Shown here: one piece after another, positions 30,346 to 39,212 of the stretch
Layout of the letters: each line of letters opens with the position of its first letter
How positions within the stretch are numbered: the stretch's first letter is position 1
Source of the DNA: Desulfamplus sp.
Lineage (GTDB): Bacteria > Desulfobacterota > Desulfobacteria > Desulfobacterales > Desulfobacteraceae
Reading direction: 5' to 3'
DNA: 64,000 bases
NCBI GenBank assembly: GCA_015231465.1
Contig: JADGBO010000001.1
Coordinates: forward strand, 1,552 to 65,551
Translations under genes and position numbers: made by a program
Notes under the pieces: model-generated
Databases searched by the model: none
Told to the model about the DNA's origin: nothing
Seen by the model: only the letters and a program-made list of their open reading frames with translations

Positions 30346-31729
30346 GGGTGAGTATGAGATCTCCTGGCCTGACTCTTTTTTGAATCAATGAAAGGCAGGT
30401 TGGAAAATCAGCGGCAAATGTCACATCTTTATGGCCATGGGAGGTTATTGCACTGGAAAGTTCCTCCGAGCTGACCCCTTCAATGGGCTGTTCGCTTGCA
30501 GCGTATATGGGCAGAGTGATAAGCATGTCCGAATGGTAGAAGGCACGGGCAAAATCATCAAAAAGAGCCTTTGTCCTTGTATATCTGTGAGGTTGAAAAA
30601 TAACCACCATGCGTCGATCCGGTCTGCTCTCCCTTATGGCCTGGAGGGTTGTTCTGATCTCCGTGGGGTGGTGGCCATAATCATCCATTACAATGATTTC
30701 ATCTGCTCTTTTTTTATTTTCCCATGTTTCTATCTCAGGTTCTATTTCAGGTTTTGTTTCAATTTTCAAAGTCAGTCTCCCTTTTACCTCCATGCGTCTT
30801 TTGACTCCCTCTATCTTTTCCAGGGCGCATTTGATGGTCTCAAAGGGGATTTTCAGTTCCAGGGCAACGGCAATGGCTGCAAGGGCGTTGGATATATTGT
30901 GCCTGCCGGCCAGACTGAGCCTGACCCGTCCCAGTAACTCTCCATGGTGCACGACCTGGAACATGCCCTGATTATCCTTGAACGTAATTTCCCGTGCCTG
31001 GAGATCCGCCTGGGCAGCCATGCCAAAGGTGGTGTAGCGTACCTTGATTTCAGGCAGAATATCCTGGATGTTTTCATTGTCTATGCAAAGCACGGCAAGC
31101 CCGTAAAATGGAACAGAATTGATGAATCGAATGAAGGTGGCCTTTATATCCTCAATGTCTTTATAAAAATCAAGATGCTCCAGGTCTATGTTGGTTACCG
31201 CTGCAATGGCCGGAGTGTATTTCAAGAACGAGCCGTCACTTTCGTCCGCCTCGGCCACAATGTAGTCACCTTTGCCGTGGAGTGCGTTGGTGCCGAGGCT
31301 TTTCATCAGTCCTCCCACCACCACTGTGGGATCCAGACCTGCAATGTTGAGAATCTGGGCCACCATTGCTGTGGTGGAAGTTTTTCCATGGGCACCGGAT
31401 ATTGCAATGGCGTATTTGATGCGCATGAGTTCGGCCAGCATTTCAGCCCTTGGAATGACTGGAACCCCTTTTAGTCGGGCGGATGTCACCTCTGGATTGT
31501 CGGAAGATATTGCGGTTGATGTCACAATCACATCGGGAGCATCAATATTGGCACTGTCGTGGCCATGATGGACAATTGCTCCCAGGGATTTCAGGCGGTC
31601 CGTTATGGGGGATGCGTTGAGATCCGATCCTGACACCTTGTAGCCGAGGGTGAGCAGCAGTTCGGCAATGCCGCTCATGCCGATGCCTCCAATGCCTACA
31701 AAATGGATGTGGTAGTTTTTTTGATACAT
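30287..31729 (-). CDS. murC: UDP-N-acetylmuramate--L-alanine ligase
   Basis: HFVGIGGIGMSGIA, GAHGKTST, EADESDGSF, DDYGHHPTE, FQPHRYTRT. Confidence 0.96.
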   Translation of the reverse strand: MYQKNYHIHFVGIGGIGMSGIAELLLTLGYKVSGSDLNASPITDRLKSLGAIVHHGHDSANIDAPDVIVTSTAISSDNPEVTSARLKGVPVIPRAEMLAELMRIKYAIAISGAHGKTSTTAMVAQILNIAGLDPTVVVGGLMKSLGTNALHGKGDYIVAEADESDGSFLKYTPAIAAVTNIDLEHLDFYKDIEDIKATFIRFINSVPFYGLAVLCIDNENIQDILPEIKVRYTTFGMAAQADLQAREITFKDNQGMFQVVHHGELLGRVRLSLAGRHNISNALAAIAVALELKIPFETIKCALEKIEGVKRRMEVKGRLTLKIETKPEIEPEIETWENKKRADEIIVMDDYGHHPTEIRTTLQAIRESRPDRRMVVIFQPHRYTRTKALFDDFARAFYHSDMLITLPIYAASEQPIEGVSSEELSSAITSHGHKDVTFAADFPTCLSLIQKRVRPGDLILTLGAGNVYTLGEQFIEIMSQ

Positions 31730-31760
31730 GGTAAATTCCTGTTTTTGAAGAAGTGTAGTG

Positions 31761-31866
31761 TTAAGGAATCGGTTTTTAATAACTTGCCCATTTACCTCAC
31801 CCTCCAGCCCCCTATCCATGGCTGGAGAGGGGGAGAAAGGGAAAGTTATTTCGAACTTATTCCTAA
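31761..31866 (+). mobile_element. Family A element with CCCC..GGAGAGGGG cargo
   Basis: Ends TTAAGGAAT / ATTCCTAA; inverted near-copy at 40388..40492. Confidence 0.88.
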
Positions 31867-31953
31867 GGTGTCGTTATTGAGTTGTCAATCCTGGCCATCC
31901 TGATTCACGTATGCTTGAAAAAGCTGGCAATGTGTCTTTTTTGAGCATTGAAC

Positions 31954-33414
31954 TCAGTTTGCTTTCAGAGCCTGCCTGGCAGTATTGATGCAGCTATGGG
32001 CAATGGCTCTGTCTGCATGGGGAAGTCCCAGTTTCCCTGAATTCACAGCCATGTTTTTCATATAATCCGGATGGTTTGCGGCAAAGGATATCTTTTCCAC
32101 AACATACTCTCCTGTCAGTTCGCTGTCACAGACCATCCATGCAGCCCCCTTGTCTGCGAGAATCCTTGCGTTAAAGGTTTGATGGTCGTCTGCTGCATGG
32201 GGATATGGTACCAGCAGGGAGGGTTTTCCAAGAGCCGTTATTTCCGAAATGGTTCCGGCACCTGCCCTGCAGATAATTAGATCAGCCCTGGCCATTATTT
32301 GGGGCATTTCATGGAAAAATGCACTTGCCGTTACCTTGACGGGACATCCGGCATCATATCCATTGGTAAGACTTTTGGGATTTTTAAGTTCACTGTAGGC
32401 GTTGAGTACCCGATTTTCATCCAAGGCACCTGTCTGATGAATAATGTGGCAATGTATTTCGGGGTTATTCCTGTGTTCTCCATGGCCATAATGGTTTTTT
32501 CCCTGATCTTTTTTTTCACCCGTTTCTTCCCCGTGTTCTATTACCTTGTCAAGTATTTTACGGACAGCTTCAATAACAGCGGTGTTGATGCTTCTGGCCC
32601 CTTGACTTCCACCGGTTACCAGCACAGTCAAGGGAATGCTTTCCTGTCGAGATGCTATGATTCCGTCTTCGTCCAGTGCAGAAGGCTTATGGCCGGCCCT
32701 TTTCCGTGCCGATGTAGCAAACTCTGTTTGATTTTGGGCAGGTGTTGCTGACTCTGCTCCATTTTGGGCAGTTGCCGCTGACTCTGATACATTTTGGGCA
32801 GGTGCCGCTGATCCTGCTCCATTTCTCATTGGGTTGCCGGTGTGAATGATTTTTTTGCAGCCATCCATCACCCTTGCACCATCCAGTCCCCTGGTGGGGT
32901 CAAAGGATGTAAATATGGTATCCACAATGTAAGAGAGTGTTTTGTTGGTTATGCCGGCAATGCTGTTTTGTTCGTGGATGGCTGTGGGGATTCCCATCAT
33001 TTTTGCACATGCAAGCACCGGCCCGGATGCATATCCCCCCACACCAAGTACCATATCTGGCCTGTATTTTTTCATGATGGTCATTGCCTGGAGTATGGAA
33101 AGGGGAATGTGCAGCAGAGCCGCCAGTTTACGGGTTATGGATTTCCCTTTTATGGCCATGGATGTAATCGACTTGTGCTCGAATCCATAGCGTGCAACTG
33201 TCTGGATTTCAAAGGACTCACCTGTGCCCACAAAAAGGATATGACTGCTCGGTTCAATCCTTGAAATGGCCTGGGCAACTGCAATTCCAGGGAAAAGATG
33301 TCCCCCTGTCTTTCCCCCTGCAATGATGAATTTAAGATCTTTGTTCAATGGTTTTCCTTGTTTTTTTGTTTTGCCGCCATTGATCTGTTTTACAGGTGAT
33401 GTTCTATGGATCAT
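31954..33414 (-). CDS. murG: Lipid II GlcNAc transferase MurG, with inserts
   Basis: GGKTGGHLFPG, GGYASGP, HEQN, TGNP, GGSQGA, RAGAGT; 30-bp repeats at ~32712..32822. Confidence 0.95.
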   Translation of the reverse strand: MIHRTSPVKQINGGKTKKQGKPLNKDLKFIIAGGKTGGHLFPGIAVAQAISRIEPSSHILFVGTGESFEIQTVARYGFEHKSITSMAIKGKSITRKLAALLHIPLSILQAMTIMKKYRPDMVLGVGGYASGPVLACAKMMGIPTAIHEQNSIAGITNKTLSYIVDTIFTSFDPTRGLDGARVMDGCKKIIHTGNPMRNGAGSAAPAQNVSESAATAQNGAESATPAQNQTEFATSARKRAGHKPSALDEDGIIASRQESIPLTVLVTGGSQGARSINTAVIEAVRKILDKVIEHGEETGEKKDQGKNHYGHGEHRNNPEIHCHIIHQTGALDENRVLNAYSELKNPKSLTNGYDAGCPVKVTASAFFHEMPQIMARADLIICRAGAGTISEITALGKPSLLVPYPHAADDHQTFNARILADKGAAWMVCDSELTGEYVVEKISFAANHPDYMKNMAVNSGKLGLPHADRAIAHSCINTARQALKAN

Positions 33415-34532
33415 ATTTTTTTGTGTGATCCTATGTTCATCAATATCCCCATGCCTGCCATGCTTATGAGCAGAGAAGTGCCTCCATAGCTTAAAAATGG
33501 CAAGGTCAAGCCCTTTGTGGGCAGGAGTCCCATGGTTACACCGGTGTTTATTGCCACCTGAAGCCCAAGGGAGATGGTCAGGCCGGCTGCGGTCAATGTT
33601 CCGAACAGGGTGTCGGCACCCTTTGCAATCAAGGCTCCCCGCATCAAAATTGTTGTGTAAAGTCCAAGAATTATAAGCACTCCCACCAGCCCAAGCTCCT
33701 CTCCTATAATGGAAAAAATAAAGTCGGTATGTGGTTCGGGCAGATAGTGCAGTTTCTGCATACCAAGGCCGACGCCTTTTCCAAAAAAACCTCCCGAACC
33801 AAATGCCTTCAGGGAGTGTGTAATCTGGTAGCCGGTGTTAAGCGGGTCTTCCCAGGCGTTGAGGTAGGCAAACAGCCTGTCCATGCGATAGGGCACCTTA
33901 TATACATAAAAATAGATCAAGGGAATCAGAAGGGGTGCAGGGGTTATGAGTTGCCATATTTTTACCCCTGCAACAAACATCATCCCCCAGGTGATGGCTC
34001 CCAGTATGATCACGCTGCCAAGGTCGGGCTGATTTAAAATAAGCAGGGCAAAAACCCCGAATATGATTGCATGGGGAAAAAATCCCACAAAAAAACGGTT
34101 AATCTGTTCCTGTTTTTTGTTCAGGGAGTATGCCAGAAAAATTATGAAGGCCAGTTTGACAAACTCCGAGGGCTGAAAGGTTATGCCTCCCAGCTTGAGC
34201 CATCTGTATGCTCCGCCGGCCTTTACCCTGAGCTCTGGAATATTAATGGCAATTAGAAAAAAGAAGGCCAGTATCAAAATGATATAGGCCATGGGGTTCA
34301 GTATTCGGTAATGTATGGAAGATGCCGTAAACATTATCAAGAGCCCGAGTACACAGAAAACAGACTGTTTCTGAACATAATAAAACGGGGTGCCATGTTC
34401 GGAAAAGCTTATGGATGCACTTGCACTGTGAATCATTACCAGTCCCAGTCCAGCCAGAATGACAACCGGAAACAGAATGGCAACTTCATTCAAGAAAGGG
34501 TGCATCTCTCTTTTTGTATTCTTTTTTGTCAT
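33411..34532 (-). CDS. ftsW: Peptidoglycan polymerase FtsW
   Basis: FQPSEFVK, QPDLGS, YLPEPHTDFIF, PTKGLTLPFLSYGG. Confidence 0.96.
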   Translation of the reverse strand: MTKKNTKREMHPFLNEVAILFPVVILAGLGLVMIHSASASISFSEHGTPFYYVQKQSVFCVLGLLIMFTASSIHYRILNPMAYIILILAFFFLIAINIPELRVKAGGAYRWLKLGGITFQPSEFVKLAFIIFLAYSLNKKQEQINRFFVGFFPHAIIFGVFALLILNQPDLGSVIILGAITWGMMFVAGVKIWQLITPAPLLIPLIYFYVYKVPYRMDRLFAYLNAWEDPLNTGYQITHSLKAFGSGGFFGKGVGLGMQKLHYLPEPHTDFIFSIIGEELGLVGVLIILGLYTTILMRGALIAKGADTLFGTLTAAGLTISLGLQVAINTGVTMGLLPTKGLTLPFLSYGGTSLLISMAGMGILMNIGSHKKI

Positions 34533-34714
34533 GTTGTATTCTCAAAATCGACAACTTTAGGAATGAAGAAAGGAAAAGTTATTTCGGACTCATTCCTTAT
34601 TAACCGACAAGCAGCTCAGTGATCGTTATTTTTTGGTTCTTCCATGTTCAAAGGGGAAAAGGTCTTTTTCGCTCTCTGATGAGTTATTGCTGATAGCCTG
34701 ACAGAATTTTTTTG

Positions 34715-36331
34715 TTAATATTTTTTGACAGCATTGACATGGTGGATGAAATCATCACCCCTGTGGGCATAGCTTGTATACATGTCAAAGCTGGCACATG
34801 CCGGAGAGAGAAGAACTGTATCCCCCGGAAGTGCAAATCCACAGGCAGCCTTGACAGCCTGGGCCATATTATCCACAAGACACAACGGTGTTCCCGTAAC
34901 CTGCAGACTGTTTTTTATTTTTTCACGGGATGCTCCCATGGCCACAATCTGCTTGACCCTGGAGGGGGAGAACCCTTCCCTGGTGCTGTTTTGAAGCAGT
35001 GGTATTAAAATTGAAAAATCAGTGCACTTCTCCTCGCCTCCCATGATGAGGATGATGGGAGTGTCAAAGGCTTCAATGGCCCTTACCACGGCATCTGTGT
35101 TGGTGGCTTTGGAGTCGTTGTAAAAATCAACTCCATTAATGGTAGCAACATAACTGGTTCTGTGGGGAAGACCATGAAATTCTTGCAGTGCGGTTTCAAT
35201 GCCTCTAATTGTTGCACCGGCACAAAGGGCGGCAAGGGCAGCAGCTTCCATGTTCTCCCTGTTGTGTTTCCCTTTAAGATTGGACCCGGAAATATTGATG
35301 GAAAGGGTGCCTGATTCTTCAGTTTTGCCTGTTGTTTCAAGGTTGCCCACTCCCTGAAAATTGGCATTTTCCCCTTTTGGGAAGTCCGGTCGCTCAACTC
35401 CGTTGAAATTAAAATTCTCATGGTCTTGAAAGTTGATATGGATATTTTTCTGATCAGTCATGCTCCAAATGGATGCACGGACATTGTAATTTCTCCGGCA
35501 TTTGTTGAAAAGGCAGAGCCTTGGAGTCAGGCCTTCAAGAAATTTCTCTTGAAGATCCATTGCGCCATTGACAATTGCCCATCCCTCTTTTTCCTGATGG
35601 GCAAAAATACTCCACTTGGATGCTCCATATGCATTAAAATCGGGATATCTGTTGAGATGATCCTCGGTGATGTTGAGAAGCAGTGCCACATGGGGTTTGA
35701 AATTAATGGCTGTGTCCAGTTGAAAACTGCTCACCTCAATGACCACAACATCCGCCCTTTCATCCTGATCAAGGTAGCTGATCAGGGGAGTTCCTATATT
35801 GCCGCCGGTGAAGACTTTTTTCCCCGAAGCCTTGAGCATGTCGGAGATCATTGTTGTCACAGTGGTCTTGCCATTGGTACCTGTTATGGCAATAACGGGT
35901 TCTTTTATCAATTCACAGGCCAGGTCCAGTTCCCCCCGGATGGGAATACCCAATTCCATGGCCCTTTTAAAATGGTCACCTGTGATGGGGATGCCCGGGC
36001 TGACCACAATCAACCCTGCATTTTCAAAAGTTTCAATATTGTGAAAGCCTGTCTCTGTGTGGATACCAAAGGCTTCAAGTAACCTGGCTTCTTCTTGTTT
36101 TGCAGGATCAATGTCCGTTGCAGTCACTTCAAACCCCTGTTTTTTGAGATAAACGGCGGCAGCACGACCCGATCTGCCAAGGCCGGCCACCACAATGTTT
36201 TTATCCATGGGAAAAGGGAGAATGTTTTTATCCATGGGAAAAGGGAGAATGTTTTTGTCCATGGAAAAAGGGAGAATGTTTTTGTCCATGGAAAAAGGGA
36301 GAATGTTTTTGCCTGTCGAAGAAGTGAGCAT
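34715..36331 (-). CDS. murD: UDP-MurNAc-L-Ala--D-glutamate ligase
   Basis: GLGRSG, GTNGKTT, GGNIG, EVSSFQL, NDSKATN, SPACASFD; 27-bp repeats give alternative ATGs down to 36208. Confidence 0.95.
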   Translation of the reverse strand: MLTSSTGKNILPFSMDKNILPFSMDKNILPFPMDKNILPFPMDKNIVVAGLGRSGRAAAVYLKKQGFEVTATDIDPAKQEEARLLEAFGIHTETGFHNIETFENAGLIVVSPGIPITGDHFKRAMELGIPIRGELDLACELIKEPVIAITGTNGKTTVTTMISDMLKASGKKVFTGGNIGTPLISYLDQDERADVVVIEVSSFQLDTAINFKPHVALLLNITEDHLNRYPDFNAYGASKWSIFAHQEKEGWAIVNGAMDLQEKFLEGLTPRLCLFNKCRRNYNVRASIWSMTDQKNIHINFQDHENFNFNGVERPDFPKGENANFQGVGNLETTGKTEESGTLSINISGSNLKGKHNRENMEAAALAALCAGATIRGIETALQEFHGLPHRTSYVATINGVDFYNDSKATNTDAVVRAIEAFDTPIILIMGGEEKCTDFSILIPLLQNSTREGFSPSRVKQIVAMGASREKIKNSLQVTGTPLCLVDNMAQAVKAACGFALPGDTVLLSPACASFDMYTSYAHRGDDFIHHVNAVKKY

Positions 36332-36354
36332 TTTTTTGCCTGTCCATTGGGGTT

Positions 36355-36457
36355 CTCAAGAGTTGTAAGTTCTCACATTCACCACCATATATTGTCTTTT
36401 GATTGTTCAATTCAATTATATGTATAGTAAATATTCAGATAACCTATGACTGATGAG
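36355..36457. mobile_element. Family C element
   Basis: CTCAAGAGTTGTAAGTTCTCA identical to 55682; right end AACCTATGACTGATGAG. Confidence 0.8.
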
Positions 36458-36486
36458 TTGGGGTTTGAAACCCTGTTTTTGTTTCA

Positions 36487-37563
36487 TCATCTTATTTTGA
36501 GGCTGCTCAGGGAGATCAGGGCCAGGGTAATGGCAATTATCCAGAATCTAACAATAACCTTGCATTCAGGCCAGCCTTTGAGTTCAAAGTGGTGATGCAG
36601 GGGAGCCATTCTGAAAATCCTCTTGCCATGGCTTATCTTGAAATAGCCAACCTGGATAATCACTGACAGGGCCTCTATGACAAAGAGGCCTCCAACCACA
36701 ATGAGAATGATCTCCTGTTTTGTTATCACAGCAATGGTACCAAGGAGTGCCCCCAGGGGTATGGAGCCGGTATCTCCCATAAATACCTGGGCAGGATGGG
36801 CGTTGAACCATAGAAAACCCAGGCCTGCACCTGCCAGAATGCCGCATATGATGGTTATCTCTCCACAGGATGCTATATGTTGTACCTGTAAATATCCTGC
36901 AATATTGATATGACTTGCCACATAGGCAAACAGCATATATGTAACGGCCGCAATGATTATTGGCCCAATGGCCAGTCCATCCAGCCCATCGGTGAGATTT
37001 ACGGCATTGGATGTACCTACAATAATGAATGTTGCAAAGGGTATATACCATATACCAAGGTCGGGAGAAAGATTTTTCAGGAAAGGAATTGTTATTTCTG
37101 TGCTGAAATCAGGACATTGGTATATTAGCCAGCTTATACCGACACCCGCTATTATCTGCAAGATAAATTTACCCCTTGCGGTTAATCCCTTGTTTCTCTT
37201 TTTAATCAGCATGAGGTAGTCATCTATAAAGCCGATAAAACCAAAGGAGATGATGGATAAAAGAACAATAGTCACATAGTAGTTGTCAAGTTGTGCCCAC
37301 ATCAATATTGATGTTATCATTGCAAAAAGGATGAGAATTCCCCCCATGGTCGGGGTACCTTCCTTTTCCAGATGGCTTTGGGGACCGTCGTTCTGGATGA
37401 ACTGACCTATCTGCATACGGGATAGATATTTTATTACATATGGGCCCAGAATGAAGCAGATCAGGAATGCGGTGAGCCCTCCGTAGATGGTCCTGAAGGT
37501 TATGTAACGAAAGATATTTAAAAAAGATAATGTAGTATGTAAGTTATGAAGTTCGTAAAGCAT
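36487..37563 (-). CDS. mraY: Phospho-MurNAc-pentapeptide transferase
   Basis: GTPTMGG, NAVNLTDGLDGL, FMGDTGS, MAPLHHHFE. Confidence 0.97.
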   Translation of the reverse strand: MLYELHNLHTTLSFLNIFRYITFRTIYGGLTAFLICFILGPYVIKYLSRMQIGQFIQNDGPQSHLEKEGTPTMGGILILFAMITSILMWAQLDNYYVTIVLLSIISFGFIGFIDDYLMLIKKRNKGLTARGKFILQIIAGVGISWLIYQCPDFSTEITIPFLKNLSPDLGIWYIPFATFIIVGTSNAVNLTDGLDGLAIGPIIIAAVTYMLFAYVASHINIAGYLQVQHIASCGEITIICGILAGAGLGFLWFNAHPAQVFMGDTGSIPLGALLGTIAVITKQEIILIVVGGLFVIEALSVIIQVGYFKISHGKRIFRMAPLHHHFELKGWPECKVIVRFWIIAITLALISLSSLKIR

Positions 37564-37565
37564 GA

Positions 37566-39203
37566 TCAGTATTCCGTCAAATTCAGCAAAAAGTTCACTA
37601 TCTCCTCCATGGCCATTCCCCTGGAGCCTTTGACCAGTATATATATGCTGGTTTCAGATGTGTCTTGAGTTGCAATGTATTGCTTAAGGTGTCTGGAAAT
37701 TTCCTCCTTTTGGGCATGGACTGCTCTCTTGGGGGATAGCCCCCCTTCAACTGCTCCACGCATGACTTCTCTTCCCATATCACCAAAGATATAGAGACGG
37801 GATACCCCTGTCATGGCAGCTTCCAGTCCCACCTCTGCATGGAGTTCAGAGCTTTTCTCTCCCAGCTCCAGCATATCCCCCAGCACCGCAATGGTAACGT
37901 TTTTGTGGTTTGCGGCCATCTGTCCCAGGGTTTTGAGTGAGCCTTTCACAGAGGCAGGATTGGCGTTGTAGGTGTCATCAATGATATGGAGATTCCCTCT
38001 TGTTATGATGTTCATTCTTCCTGAAACCGGTTTGAACATGACAAGTCCCCGTTGAATTTTATCGGTTGTAATTCCGGCTGCAATGGCCGAAGCCGAAGCC
38101 GCAAGGGCATTATGGAGCATGAAGGGTGCAGGGGAGTTTATGGTTATGCGGGTTCCACCTTTTGATGAAGGATTGTTTTTTACCGTGAAAATACCCGTAT
38201 CATTTTCATGATCGGGGGGAGGCGGAGTCCGGCCAGGAATGTTTAATGTGGATGCGAGGGTGAAAGAGATGGCAGAGTCTTTGCGTTCCATGTTTTCAGC
38301 GGTAATTTCAGGGCACTTGTCCCCGTTTTTCCCTGTGCCGAAACAGATAATGTTTTTAATGTTTTTGTTCTCCCTGGCCATGCCGTAAATGATATCCATT
38401 CTCGGATCATTACAGTTGAGTATCAGGGTGCTGCCATGAGTCATGCCATGGGTAATTTCACCTTTGGCCCTTGCCACATTGTTTACGGTGGCCATGCCCT
38501 CAAGGTGTGCTTCGGCAGTATTTGTTACAACGGCAATGTCCGGCAGGGCAATGTTCGAGAGTCTGGATATCTCTCCGGGGTGATTCATGCCCATTTCCAC
38601 CACAGCCCACTGGTGAATGTATGAGAGCTTGAGCAGGGTCAGAGGAAGGCCGATTTCGTTATTTAAATTACCGGTTGTTGAGAGGGTGGCAGCGTGCTGT
38701 TCAAAGATTTTTGATATCATCTCCCTTGTTGTGGTCTTGCCATTGGAACCTGTAACCGCAACAACCCTGACTCCTGCCCTGAGACGTTGATATCTTGCAA
38801 GCATTCCCAGGGCATGGAGGGTATTTTTGACGGGAAAAAGGATCACCTGTCCACAGGATATCCTGTCTTTAATAAGGGCAGCCCGTTTGCGGCAAATTAT
38901 TTTTTCATCACTCTCTTCAACCGCTGCAAGAAACTCCTTTTCAACCACAAATCCCCGTATGCCTGCCTCAATCAGGTCTGGTATGAAGGTGTGGGCATCA
39001 AATTTATCTCCCTTAAGTGCCACAAAGAGCTGGTTTTTGTCAGTCTGCCTTGAATCCGTTGAAATTGATGAGAATGTGATTGCTTGATCATCTGCCATGG
39101 GAGTTGTGGATTGTGCCAGGGCCTTTGCCAAATCATGGATTGACCATGGTATGGACAGGGTTTTTGAATCAGAGGGGCTGGGGCTTTTTGTCTGGTTTAT
39201 CAT
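37566..39203 (-). CDS. murF: UDP-MurNAc-tripeptide--D-Ala-D-Ala ligase
   Basis: TGSNGKTTT, NNEIGLP, EMGMNHPGEI, DDTYNANP, GDMLELG, KGSRG. Confidence 0.96.
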   Translation of the reverse strand: MINQTKSPSPSDSKTLSIPWSIHDLAKALAQSTTPMADDQAITFSSISTDSRQTDKNQLFVALKGDKFDAHTFIPDLIEAGIRGFVVEKEFLAAVEESDEKIICRKRAALIKDRISCGQVILFPVKNTLHALGMLARYQRLRAGVRVVAVTGSNGKTTTREMISKIFEQHAATLSTTGNLNNEIGLPLTLLKLSYIHQWAVVEMGMNHPGEISRLSNIALPDIAVVTNTAEAHLEGMATVNNVARAKGEITHGMTHGSTLILNCNDPRMDIIYGMARENKNIKNIICFGTGKNGDKCPEITAENMERKDSAISFTLASTLNIPGRTPPPPDHENDTGIFTVKNNPSSKGGTRITINSPAPFMLHNALAASASAIAAGITTDKIQRGLVMFKPVSGRMNIITRGNLHIIDDTYNANPASVKGSLKTLGQMAANHKNVTIAVLGDMLELGEKSSELHAEVGLEAAMTGVSRLYIFGDMGREVMRGAVEGGLSPKRAVHAQKEEISRHLKQYIATQDTSETSIYILVKGSRGMAMEEIVNFLLNLTEY

Positions 39204-39212
39204 GGGATTCCT

